The position numbers and the translations under genes were made by a program. The notes below the pieces were generated by a model that was not told the DNA's origin, searched no databases, and saw only the letters and a program-made list of their open reading frames with translations. This document shows positions 50,120 through 62,428 of a DNA stretch of 64,000 nt, in pieces. This DNA is from Phoronis australis (taxonomy: Eukaryota; Animalia; Phoronida): positions 221,303-285,302 of the forward strand of contig NMRA01000509.1 in assembly GCA_002633005.1 (NCBI GenBank), written 5' to 3'. The stretch's first letter is position 1, and every line of letters starts with the position of its first letter.

Positions 50120-50351
50120 TTGTATATATATATATATATATATTGTTGAAATGTGGTTGTGGGGAAACCTGATAAATCACAATAAAGTCTTATTATTATT
50201 ACTTGAAAAGGGATGACAAAGATGAAACCAACGGTAATTGTCCACTGAACTTGTAACATTTCATGAAATAGTTAAATAACATCAATATTTGATATTGTAG
50301 TTACCGAGGAATCGACGCCTGGGTTGCAGACGATATAATATTTAGCAATTG
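49738..50351. repeat. Near-perfect long inverted repeat (~210-bp arms) around a (TA)n-rich spacer
   Basis: 49738-~49950 is the reverse complement of ~50140-50351, with one mismatch that I could see. Confidence 0.95.
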
Positions 50352-50399
50352 TATATGTGTATACATGTATATGTATATATATGTATGTATTTGGGTAGC

Positions 50400-50730
50400 A
50401 GACCTTCTTTTATACATGTTGCATTGAAAAGTAAGCTTTAATTAGTTTGTACAACAAACTTTCGTAGTGTCTACACAAGTGCAAATTTTTTTCAATAGCT
50501 GAACAGAGCTGGTCTTGAACAATTTCTCAACCCCCGAGTCATTTATATAAATTTGCTGCAGGTAACACTGACAAGACTGGACACCTGAACAAGAATGAAT
50601 TTCCGTCTCTATCTCATTTGTATTACAGATGGAACATGTCCTTTGTTCGTGTAGTACATCGTTTCTTCTCCCTATTTCAATTCTAAGACGTTGTGTTGAG
50701 CATCTAATATTGAGTTTGGCAAAAATTTGC
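50400..50730 (-). mobile_element. LINE 3' fragment (CR1/L2 group C-terminal Cys motif)
   Basis: RCSTQRLRIEIGRR...RTCSICNTNEIETEIH. Confidence 0.7.
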
Positions 50731-53207
50731 TTTAAAAACAACTTACAACACAAGTAACAAGTTGTTACATTGAAAACTATTTGTTTTATCAGAGAAAACT
50801 TGCAACCTAACGCGCAAGTAGATACATAGATCAACCACGTGAACAGACTGTGTCGACATTATTCCGCGTATGGACCTCGAGCTTCGGTCTCGGTCGATAC
50901 GCGGAATACTGTCTCTTTGGTCGTATTACTTCATCTACGCCACTCTCGGTGCGTATTTACATAACAAATTCGAAAAAGGTTCTGCCAAAGGATCGCTGAG
51001 GTAGAGATCCACAAATATAATTGTTATAACAGTGTGTCGTAATGCCTGTTGACACTCTGCAGCGTCCTGAGATCTTGGCTCCGTCTGCCTGCACTTACTT
51101 TGTTTCTGGCTTACTTCATGGTCAGAGACTGTTCTGAACAAGTTCTATTAACAGTGCAGTCTTCTACAAACACTACGTTCCTGCCACAAATAACAATATT
51201 GTAGTATGTTTTGAAATAAGCTACCTAGAATTTGGCAATGTCTTTTTAAACTTGCTGTACTTGAGTTTGGTGAATGAGTCTGTTAAAATTCAAATTAAAA
51301 CAGATTTTGTATGTAATCCTTTTAACGAATCATATGTTTGTTCTGGGTACAAAAAATCTTCAAAGCCTCCTGTACTTACATCATCCCGAGCTTTAATCAC
51401 ATGTAATTGTATTCGAGGACATCTGCGGTCACCAGCTATTTTAATTTTTTTAACGAGTGATTCCCAGTGATTGGTAAATTACATTCTATTGACATTCTGA
51501 CAAACGCTACAATGATTTTACCATTTGCGTGTTTAGCTTTAATTTTTATCCAGTCATGAACTATTTGCGGTGTTTGTAGACACTTAACTTGATGGATATA
51601 AACTGTTCACTAACCAGAGACATTAAGCACGACATAAACCGAACTAAGACGACTTCTAGACCATAATGGCATCTGTTTCTTTCGGACCCTTCTATAAACG
51701 GAAATTAAGGGTATGCAGGTCCCTAGTATCCAACTTTAAACCTCGGAACATCATATTTCAAAATGGTTGGTTGAAGTGATATGAAACTTTCTGATGCCTT
51801 GTGCGCTGTTCCCCACAACGCTATTGGGCATTGGGGACGAGGTGATAAAAATGTATTTATAGTTTTCATTAAAACCTCAAAGTTGCATATAATGAAAACG
51901 AAATGATAATTTAGAAAAATGTAGCAGCACTTTTTACATTTGAACTTGTAAATTAATATAAAATGAAACTTGTCGTGGATACTGTTCTTTCCTATAAATT
52001 TACATTTTTAATTTCATTGAAAAACATGGTCATTTGACCCAATTAATGGCAGGTTGTGAAAAGCAAAAAAATCAAATTCTACAGGCTTGCTACTTTTAGA
52101 AAATGTATATCATAGTATTGTAGATATTCGCCTAAACACACAGGCTTGTAAATAATGTACGACACCCGAACGCTTATTTAATTACTATCTTGTTTTGTAC
52201 CAGAAATTCAAATTACGAAGCTATTGACTTTCGCTTTCATTTCGCATTAAAGATCGTTTAACAGAATGCGAAAGGAAGGAAGGGGTAAACATGCAGTAAT
52301 TGAATATGAATTAAACTTGAATGAAACAAAATCAAAACGCTTTTAATTGTTATCACAGTAAATGAATTTTTAATCCACCTGCATCTGTGTGTTCGTGCAG
52401 GCGTACGTGCACGATCGTGTGCTTGTGTGTAAGAATACTGATAAAAATGTAGGTGGCGGTGTGTCGATAAGAAAACGTGTAAACAACTTGGTTTACATAC
52501 TATACACTAGCATATCTAGGATATCTTAAGAAGGAAGGGGACCAACCACAATTGATATAGAACAAATGTAAGCGGAAGCCCTAAACAGGCTTGCCCACAG
52601 TGATTTTTGGTCGTGCCCGTAGGGGAGGGTGTCCCCTGTTCCCCTAAATCCACCTATACATGTACCATATGTATTTCGTGAGTGCGTGTGTGTATTCCAT
52701 GGTCCGAAGTGTATGATGTATCGAGCTATTTGAGTGCCGACCTTCCGCCAGTAAGCGAGCTTTCAGTGAACTCAATTTTCTTGCAAACTACAACTGTCGT
52801 ATAACTCGACGAAATTTCGTGAGTCTGCAGAAAAATAGTTTGACAAATAGACAATTTAGGTTAAGCATAAGCAAAAGAAATGAATGCAAGTTTTGGCCGA
52901 CGGTTCATTAAAATCTCAGAGGACTACTACACAGACTTTTTGATGGTAAGACCAGTAACTACGAGACAAGTTAACACTAGTCATATAAAGAGCATAATAC
53001 CATGACGAATTGGTTAACTTTGTGTGCGTTCACTCATATGTACAGTTAACTTTGTGTGCGTTCACTCATATGTACAGTTTTGGCGCTCACAAGCATACCA
53101 CACACGTTCAAGTCTACGTTTTTTCAGAGAGCCCTTATACATGTATGGCGACAATGACGTTGCTCAAGGCTATGGCATAACACCAGGCGTGCGTTACGTA
53201 GACTCCA

Positions 53208-53642
53208 GTGCCAGGTTGCATGAAACAGTCCCATATAGGGACTCTACTAAGTTCCCTAAAACTACTGCGTATTTGTGGACTTGTGAAACCACCGATCGTC
53301 CTTTCTTCTGTTGTTTAAGTTTCATTTCTTAGTCAAGTTTTTGCTTTTATACAACTTGAGAGTGAACTCAACATTGAATTCGCAATATTAATGGAACTAT
53401 TTAGGTATTTTTTCATACAACGTTCCTAATTTGACGATTAAGTCTCTATTTATTTTCATTGAATTCAGAGCTCAGATTTTAGTTATTTTATTAGAAATTG
53501 TCACAAGTCGATGTGGAGGTCATAATAATGATGAAATGAAAGAAAAATATTACATTGTTGAGTAAACAGAGACACAGATAGGCAAAAGATTTAGGTAACT
53601 TAGTTGAGTCCCTATTTGGGACTTTTTCATGCAACCCGGCAC
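53208..53642. mobile_element. MITE, copy 2
   Basis: TIRs GTGCCAGGTTGCATGAAACAGTCCCA / TGGGACTTTTTCATGCAACCCGGCAC. Confidence 0.75.
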
Positions 53643-54419
53643 CGAGCCTCGCGAAAACAGAAATCTTCACGAGATATCGCCATGTTGTCACATCAGCTTC
53701 CCTTGCGAGGATTTTGCGTCTTTGAAACTTGGTGCAGGAATTTCTGGTGTAGGCAAACGTCCGATCAAATAAAAATCATGGTGCCTTGAACGTTTACTCC
53801 AAACAGAGAATGGAACCCTTTTCAAACAGGATCATCTGCTGTACCAGAAAAGCGTTGAGTGGACTGATTAGATTCACTCGTACATAGGGTCCAAACTGTC
53901 GTACTGTAGCAGGTGCGCATGCATTGGTGAAAGTTCCTATTGTCTGTGGATAGTGAAACACTAATCACTTTCGCGACCACACCCCTCACTCAGGGGTTAA
54001 ATCAAATATAGGAACACAACTGCCTTTGTACATTACATCATATCTCGCTTCCTCGAAGCGCATTCCTCATTCGACAGCTCTTCGTTCCCCATCGTGCGTG
54101 TTTTTACTTCATTTCATGAGCAAAAGGAAGTTGCTGTGTTAGATGTTTATTTTTACAGAACACTCCTGCATGGATGAAAAAGAGGTTGTTGAGTCAGATG
54201 TTTATTTTAGATCTGTTTGACTTTAATCAATCAAAATGTGTATGGTGTGATGACACAGTATTTGGATTCAGTAAATGAGAAGCTGCGTGGGATGTGACAC
54301 TAGTAATTCTCTTGTATAAAGTATGGGAAAAGTTTTGCATGGGTAGCGACCATGAAACCTCGCTTGAGACCCTGCTTTAAGAAACTGTATTAATGGCAGC
54401 TTGGGACCACCATAGCTCA

Positions 54420-54700
54420 TCAAGCTACAGGTACCCCAAACGTAGGCCTACCGATGTACACCAAATCACATATTTTTGACAGGTTTGGTGTCCTATGAAG
54501 CAGCATGTAATGCCTATCCTTTTTACTAAAAAGCAACTTGCGTAATTTACTGGAAAAACAAATTTTTTTTGCAGTTTCTCCAGCGTTCCGGATCTCGCAA
54601 GCAACATTTCTAGTCAGCCACGACATTTTTGGTAACGAATCGACATCTTTCTTAGCTGCAGGAAAGCTGTAGTATCTCATTACAAGAAAGTCAAAATGGA
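54420..54700 (-). mobile_element. Decayed THAP-domain remnant (DNA transposon fossil)
   Basis: YYSFPAAKKD...WL and SKICDLVYIG resemble the THAP FP, W and CxxH segments. Element ends were not identified. Confidence 0.4.
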
Positions 54701-55541
54701 AAAAAGCTGCGCCCCTCGGCTGGTTATGAGATGAAGCACTATCAACAAAAGCATTTTCATTTGTGATTGGTAGATTTCATGCATTAGTGGTCGCTCTGAT
54801 TTTTGCAGGAAACACATGTATAATGTCTGTAACAGCGGATGCTTTAACCATATTAGAATGATTTCGACAAGTTAGAACGATAAGTGGAGGGCATATTTAT
54901 GTGTCTGCAGATGTTTAGGCAATCTCGCCCCGCAAAGCTGACATAATCACCCGCCAGTGCTCAAAATAGAAAATAGTACCCCCCCCGAAATACAAAATAG
55001 CTAAAATGCTTCCTCAATATGTCACAGTGTTTGAAATTTGGGATATTTTCTTACAATAATTAAACCAAAAAAAATTCTACAACAACCTTTTGCAGTCACG
55101 CTTGTACGCAAATTTTGTGAAACGTGCTCAACATGTATGATGACCCAAGAGAGTTATAACGTACTATATATAATGTGTCTGTCTGCTTTGTTCTCTCCTG
55201 TCTTTTTGTCACCGTTCACATCTCGTGGACCAACACAAATTTCCTGGTAAAATTACGAGATCTTTCCAAAAGGGTCACATGCTTTTGTGGAAATGATTTG
55301 TGGTTGGCCCATACTTGTAAATTTGATCGTATACTCTCGCTGATCGTATGCATTAATCCTCAGAAATTCGTTCATCTCAGTCCATTGTCAGCTCACGTCC
55401 AGATCGTTTCCTCTGTGTTGTCGTTGTCGTGTTTCATTTGTCGCCTGTTTCTACCCTGCCGCACCCGTAACTAGAGTACAGTTCCCCATTTAAATACAAT
55501 GTACACGTATGTATTGTAAGTTTAATTTCTCTTAATTACAG

Positions 55542-55680
55542 TGAGATGCCCAAAAGGTATGACAGAGATCGGACGGTCGTGTCGCGTGATTCTTCCTCAT
55601 CCGGCTAGCACCTACGTGTTTTCTCGCTTGAAATGTAAACAGAAATTTGGAGAGCACGCCAGAATGATGACGTCAACGAG
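55542..55680 (+). CDS. C-type lectin-like domain exon 1
   Basis: ttacag| acceptor and |gtgcgt donor. RCPKGMTEIGRSCRVILPHPASTYVFSRLKCKQKFGEHARMMTST follows the CTLD N-terminal CPxG...C...C pattern. Phases 1 and 2. Confidence 0.8.
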
Positions 55681-56189
55681 GTGCGTTGACCATACAATGA
55701 TGTCCTGTAGTAACGGGGATCATAACCAGATGGGAAGGGGGTGTCTGAAAATGGACAAACACAAGAATTTCTTTATATTCTGCTAGAGAATAAATTGAGA
55801 AATAGCCGTACAGGGTTAAGGGTTTCTGTATGACTTCCGAGACACCCTGCTGGATAGGCGCCTGACCTTGCGTAGTCCTTTGTTGTATTTTGTGAAGGAA
55901 ATTATTTCTCAGAAGCCGCGAAAGAAGAATTTGAACTTTTATTTCTCTACTACGATCGTTAGTAGCGTGGGTCTTTGTAGTCGCCATCTTCCCGTGCATT
56001 TGCTTTGGGCTGGATTTTTTTGGGTTTTTCGTATACTACGGATTGGCATGAGAATGGTATTTGTGGAAAACCTCTTTGCATAGACAATTTCTGAAGCTTT
56101 TTCACGTATTTCACGCAACATCGCAACTTATTCCACATCACAATTGTCAACTGACGAACGCACGATGACAAACGTTTGATTTATTTCAG

Positions 56190-56322
56190 TCCCCAAGAAA
56201 ACCAGAGAGTAAAAGATTTGATGGAGGAATTCGGCGTGACAAGTCTATGGCTGTCTATCGACCAATGGCGGACACCGGCCAACGACACAGTGGGATTTGT
56301 GAATTGGATAAAAAGTTCTCAG
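56190..56322 (+). CDS. C-type lectin-like domain exon 2
   Basis: tttcag| acceptor. (S)PQENQRVKDLMEEFGVTSLWLSIDQW...GFVNWIKSSQ has SxxEN, a WIGL-equivalent and FxNW. Phases 2 and 0; the donor (gttttt) is weak. Confidence 0.78.
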
Positions 56323-58047
56323 GTTTTTCCTTTTTGCTTTCCGTTCCCCATGAATGAAGATGTGTAGCAAAAGTGCAACACTGAGTTTTTGTTTGGTACG
56401 AACGCCACGCTACCCTAAAGCGCTTCCTACCGCATTTGCACAGTTGACCTGCTAGTTATCCAAGCATATAGAAGTTGCTCAAAGTACAACTGAACGCTTC
56501 AATACCTCATAACATACCTACTTGTTATTGAATTTACAATTCGTACAAAACAGCAAAACAAAGTAGTAATTGTTAGTGTCTATTGAATGCAATTAAATGT
56601 CCACCCGACACGCAAACCTTCAATGCGTCATGGTCAAAGGAAAGTAAAATCAGGCTTTTCGGGGTTTATCACTGGTAAAGAGCTCTACCACTGCCACTGT
56701 CCCTCAGTGTCTAGGCTTTACCATTTATCAAACGGAGTTGTGTAGCTTTGGTCGGCGTGTACCTGTCTTACAGGGTTATCTTAGCGACTTGGTATCCTTT
56801 ACTGAACCCAAGATTCCTGCAAGTGAACTGACGCGCTACAATACTCCAAATGAACTGACATTCTACAATACTCCAAACTGAACGCTCATACCTTCATGCT
56901 GACCGCAGCTATTGTAACGCGACTCTAATAATTCATTTAAAAATACTTATCATTGTTTGTGACTGGATCCCTGTATCTTCAAGATTGCAAGGCACACTAC
57001 TGCACTATCAGCACATCACACAACTCGAAAGTCTTAAATCTTGTTATGATATTCAGATTCTGACATCACATTTGTTTTTAAATGTCCGTAAATTATAAAC
57101 CACGTGCATCAACACATCGTGGTTACCTCCATCAACCTTACTGTACGAAAGGTGTGATCTCAAAAGGTAAAATGGTCACTCACTGTCACGTCATTAGCGT
57201 ATACGTTAGGTGCACGCTGAGCTTGATGACACGCAGCTTGAGATCGCCGTTATATAACTGAATGACTTTTATCGATTGTTTTGCATTAACAACGACCATT
57301 GTGTGACAGCTCAGTATCATCTCTTTCCCAATGCATTACACCTTTGTTCATTCCCAGCATCTCATAGATCTTTTCAATAGTCCTCCACAACGTCATAGGT
57401 AATAAACTGATATTCCGCTTGCAGGGCCACCTTAACAACATCATAAAGTGTCGGGCACAGCAGGGCAATACACCACTTTGTTGGTGTATCCGTTACTAAT
57501 CACAATTTGTTTAATTCATTTGCATTCAACATTGAACTGTTCCCAGATTAGATGACAACCATATTAGGACTTTTGTATATCGTGACATCGGACAGGGCTA
57601 CTCTAAAATCCCTAATTCCTCAAAAAGTCACATACTACACCACAAAAATCAATTTACCTCTAATAAGTTGAAAATGTTCTTTGATTAGCCAAGCTGACAA
57701 AGGCGACCGGGCTAGGAGTGTTTTAATGGGTAAACAGTTCAAATATAACAAAGAACATGCAATATCAAAATTTTTGAATAAAATTGCTATACAGTTAGAA
57801 TATCCTGACGATTAAACCTGCGAAAATATCGAAAGTCGGGAAAAACTAATATAGCGATGGTATCCGGCGAAGTTGTTAGGCGGCGGACGGCCTACATTGG
57901 TGGACGGAATACTAACTGATGACAACACTAATTTTAAGCCGATATTATTCTGCTGTACCTTTATTGTACAATCCAAACTAGTATCAGAGTTGTCACCAAG
58001 GCCTATAGCTTCTACACTGAGACACTCATTATCACGATGACTACATA

Positions 58048-58081
<34 letters not shown>

Positions 58082-59096
58082 GGAATGTTCGCACTTCTTG
58101 TCCATTTCTTCAGGAGGGAAAACACGTTTGTAATGAATGAATAGACTTCTGAGGATATTGTCAGCCAGGAAATTTATACGTGTGACAGGGTCCAAAACAT
58201 GAAAGAATGTTTCTGTGTTGAACTTTTCGGTCTAGAAACAAATTTTGACTTAGCCGGCGTCTTGATGCTTCACTTCTTATAAGTAGTTTGATTTTCGTCA
58301 GGTGTGAGCGTCTCACACAGGAACAAAAACGTTGTTGGAAATGTATTCATCAGAAAGTCATTTTAACACGTGTTTTAGTTGATCTCTAGAAGACAATACG
58401 ACGGACGTAAATCTATAAGTTTTATTCACGTCACATGTTTTGTTAAGATTTTGATGAAGTTGTGTGGATCTTGTGACTACAACGCGCGACCCTGTTCCTG
58501 GTTTGTGAAGGTGCGTTCCGAATTGTACATGTTGGTGGATTGCACATAGATAGATAAGTTTGTATCATTAGGCTTTTACTAATTATGGTACCGCGTCAAA
58601 CATAGGTCGGCGTAGGGTTCTATGGTTGTATGGCCCCCTGGCAAGTGCATAGTGGGCTCTTTGGTAAAGATGAGTCTCAAGCTGACTGACAAAAGCAGTG
58701 ATCCACAAATACAATGCTTTCTAGCGCATTCGGGATTTAACTCTTATTATTGTACATTCCAGTTTCGTAACAAACGTTAAAAAATCTTCATATGACCGAG
58801 ACCTCAAACATAAACCTAACACTTCCATTCGTGAATTGCTTAGCGGATGTAATCATCTCATACAATCAATGACTTTCACTTAAGTCCATATAATGGTGTC
58901 TAGACCCCAAAAATGTTATAATGACAGATGCTGCCGGAAAAGCAACGTGCTGATCTCGGTGAAAGTCTAGAAATTTACAATATGTAGCAATGAAAACCGT
59001 ATTTCGCTGATGACGAAAATGTTTTTAATAGGAATTTAGAGCCCAGGAATACAATGGGTACTGAAAAAACATTCATGGTATTCATTTTTATTGCAG

Positions 59097-59292
59097 AAAA
59101 CAATGTCCACGTACTCCAGTTTTACTACCTCCAGCTGCAAGGATACTGCTAGGAATTGCAAAGGCACCGACTGCGACGTGTCGGAACTGAACGAAAACGA
59201 GAAAAACTGTCCAATTATAACACGAAATGGGAATTGGGAAACTTTCCATTGCGAAGCAGAAGTATACACAGGATGCGAGCTCGACATAGAAT
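59097..59292 (+). CDS. C-type lectin-like domain exon 3
   Basis: ttgcag| acceptor and |gtaagg donor. ...EKNCPIITRNGNWETFHCEAEVYTGCELDIE follows the CTLD C-terminal C...GxW....C.......CE pattern. Phases 0 and 1. Confidence 0.8.
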
Positions 59293-59555
59293 GTAAGGCA
59301 TGACTGTAATACGAGACACTGTGTATAATGTAAGACATAGAATGTAAGGCACGACTTTAATGGGAATCACTGTGTAGAATGTAAACATAGAAGGTAAGGC
59401 ACGATTGTAATACAAGTCACTAACCCTAAAACTAGCCCTAACCTTAACCCTAACCCTAGAATGTAAAACATAGAATGTAAAGCATGATTGTAATACGAGT
59501 CACTGTGTAGAATGTGAAACATAGAATGTAAGGCATGATTTTAATACGAGTCACT
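59285..59555. repeat. ~51-bp tandem repeat overlapping the exon end, with a (TAACCC)n-like insert at ~59421-59459
   Basis: CATAGAATGTAAGGCATGAYTGTAATACGAGTCACTGTGTAGAATGTAA, about five copies. Confidence 0.85.
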
Positions 59556-61040
59556 TATATTCATTAGGTCACGTGATGTCGCCAAAAGATAGCGTGCTAA
59601 CGGGATTAAATGCTAGCAAAATATTTTCCACGCCATCGAGATTGACATATTTACATAGAAAACTTTAAATGTTTCCATTTGGTTGCATTCTTCGAAACAA
59701 AAACTATGCGGTTAGCTGAACTATGTTTCTCTACACTTTATTGTGTCAAGCGATCATTTTTTTGCAATACACATGTTGGTTTTGCAACCAACAATTCTTT
59801 TCTTAACCATTACAATATAACGAGCTGCGCTAATAATTCATGGACTGTCATGTAAATGGAGAACAAAGTAAACGTCGATATACATGTATGTCGCGAATAT
59901 GAGCTTGCGGAGAAAACGAGCGTTTTCGCTAGTGATTCAGCGTCGACGAGAAGATGTTTGTTTAAGGAAAGAGTGAAACAATCATGCACATAGTAACTGG
60001 ACGAAAATTAAATGTTTTGACCTAAACAGAAATGAACTGCAGAGTCCAAATTGTTTCACTTTCGGCAAAGGGGATATATTGTATTGGTATTTCTTTTATC
60101 AAAAAGCATTGTTTTAATATCGAGTAATCACAAAACATAGGAACTTTAAAAAATTTCAACCCTTCGTGAAGCACCCGGTTGCAGAAAAAAATTAATTAAA
60201 ACAAGGCTGTATTTTAACGTGGGTCATTGTTCATTGATAAGACACATGTACCTATAGATGAGTGCATTTTCTACGCTTTCTAATTCTGCATTTCAAATTT
60301 GTTATTACAAGCGTGTCAGACATAATTAATTTTTCATTGGATTGTTTTGCAAGACTCAGTTCATTAACTAAGTAGTGTTATGTGAAGTTATAGTTTTAAA
60401 TCCATTAAGTGAAAGTCCTGTATCATTAGGTTAACGGACATTGAAGAATTGTGGGTTTTTAGAAGGTTACGTGTATTTGAGACAAGCATTTGGGAAGAGA
60501 TTAATTTCATTTTACAACTGAAATATAGCTTTCTCCGTTGCCTAGTAACATGTATATGAGTGTAAGGAATTTACCTTGTCGAAACTGTATAGACCCTGTC
60601 AACAAGGATCATGCTATCGTCTAAATACCATTAGTGTTATTTAAAAAGAATGAAATTATTTTGAATGCGCACTTTAAAAAGGGGCCTTATCAGCAACACT
60701 CTTATGTATTTACATGTAAAACCCGTCAGAAAATAGATTCCAACAAGCAACCGGGTATTTTATTAATAAACGTGTTTAGCCTACAACGTCGTCGATTTCG
60801 ATTTAATTTAGTGCTAGCGCATGGTTGAAAGCCAGCGCTGAGAGTCAGAAAATTTTTAACAGAATCAGAAAAAAGGTATCGGATTTTGATGTTTCACGGT
60901 AATGTTCTGGTCAAATCTAATAACTCGATGGAGTCTATCCTACCTAACAGCAACAATGAGGCGTCAGAGGCTTAAAATATTCACCCATTTTTCAAGGACT
61001 ATGATTTGACGCAAAAACTAGGTTTTTGCTGTCACGTAAC

Positions 61041-61193
61041 CAAGGGCGGATCCAGGATTTTGAGTTGGGGGGGCAGAGTATTAGACAGGATTTCGCCCGT
61101 CAGACATTAGCACCTCTGAACTGCTTAATGGAATCTGGGAGAATTTTAGGAGGGCCATGGCCCCCTTGGACCCCCCCTCTAAATCCGCCAGTG
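61041..61193. mobile_element. Short GC-rich MITE (~150 bp); relatives at ~23846-24001, ~25866-26018, ~33715-33850, ~19377-19415
   Basis: Ends CAAGGGCGGAT / ATCCGCCAGTG, flanked on both sides by GTAAC (61036-61040, 61194-61198). Confidence 0.75.
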
Positions 61194-61251
61194 GTAACCA
61201 CCACAAACATCTTAGGAAAAAAATATTCCAATCATTGTTTTGCTATTCCAG

Positions 61252-61476
61252 ATTTCAACGGTGTCTACCTCACAGCAGATTATCTTTTATCCGTGGCTAC
61301 GTCAGGTATTGGTACAGTGGCGGACGATGGAAGCGAGCGCTCGAAAGATTCATTTCTTTACAACTGTGATGATCCTTTATGTATTGTTTCACTTGTTGAG
61401 GACGTCTCTTTTAGTCAGTACGGCAACGCATCGAGAGAAACGAGCGAGAAGGGAGAAACGTACTTGCACATGAAAG
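61252..61476 (+). CDS. Exon of the CTLD + LamG-like gene
   Basis: ttccag| acceptor and AAG|gtgaca donor. 225 nt open, phase 1-1, fitting both neighbours. FNGVYLTADYLLS...GETYLHMK. Confidence 0.72.
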
Positions 61477-62251
61477 GTGACATTTCCGTGCTGTTCGTTG
61501 TCGTTAACATCAATATTTCGTTGACCTAAGGAGTCAAAAACTAACTAGAATATAAAACAACACCCATTTTCAAACCTGAAAAAATTAAAAAGGAAAAAAT
61601 GATTTTATTGAGAGAGTTTTTACTACGCTGTTAAAACATCGGCATGCTCCCTTTACAGTCCTGAATATGTATTTACCTGTTTGCTAATAGTTCATGTAAA
61701 GTGAAATTCGATGCCATTCACATAGGTGGCCATTTTTTAAGCGCGCCACAAGGAATTCAAATATTAAATTCAAAAAGTTTTCACAAATATTTCTATAATT
61801 TAGAAAAAATTCGGTCGCATGTTGAAATAGCATTATTTGTGTCTTGAAGACATTATCTATGTTACTGAGTACAGTAAAAGTAGTCGGAACATTAAAAGTC
61901 CTGCAATTTTATAGTATGCTTTGCAGTCCCTTGTTCCCGTGTCACGTGGGTCCCTCGCCGTGTCAAACATTTAGGCATGAGCTATACCTACAGTGGCACT
62001 GCAGTGAGCATACAGCTCTTCCCTATGGACACAACCAAAAACGCCACCGACATGCCGTTTTTCAGGCTAAGCCCTTCTAATGGTTGCCCCCTTGCGACGT
62101 CAGGATTCCGCCAGTGGAGACGGGGTTAACAGAGCTGCATCATGAGTAGCGAATCAGGCGAACATCAGTCACGGTCAATTATGCATTACATTACAGTACG
62201 GGAACTGAAATGTACTACACAGCTTTTAAACTGTGTCTCCTATATTTCCAG

Positions 62252-62428
62252 GAAAAAGTATTTTGGCGGCAAAATTGAATTCTACTTTACACCCGTGTGT
62301 CATGAAACCAGAGACGTGTGCTAGTGGCGTAAGCGTTTCCTTGTGGATAAATGTTGACCCAAATCAAGCTGTGAATAGTAAGGTGTTTTTACTGCGTGTC
62401 GGAAACAGGACTGCACATTCCGCTACCA
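62252..62428 (+). CDS. Exon encoding part of a LamG/pentraxin-like (ConA-fold) domain
   Basis: ttccag| acceptor and |gtaagg donor. 177 nt, phase 1-1. HPCVMKPETCASGVSVSLWINV matches the C...P..C..G.T.S.W motif of LamG-like domains in invertebrate adhesion-GPCR-type proteins. Confidence 0.72.

Noticed and set aside
57812-58400. Protein-like minus-strand text (DPVTRINFLADNILRSLFIHYKRVFP) interrupted by (TA)n
   Set aside because: It has stops upstream and no motif I can recognise. It may be a TE or viral fossil but is unsupported.
61026-61529. 167-aa ORF as a stand-alone gene
   Set aside because: Its first part is a MITE; only 61252-61476 behaves as an exon with splice sites.
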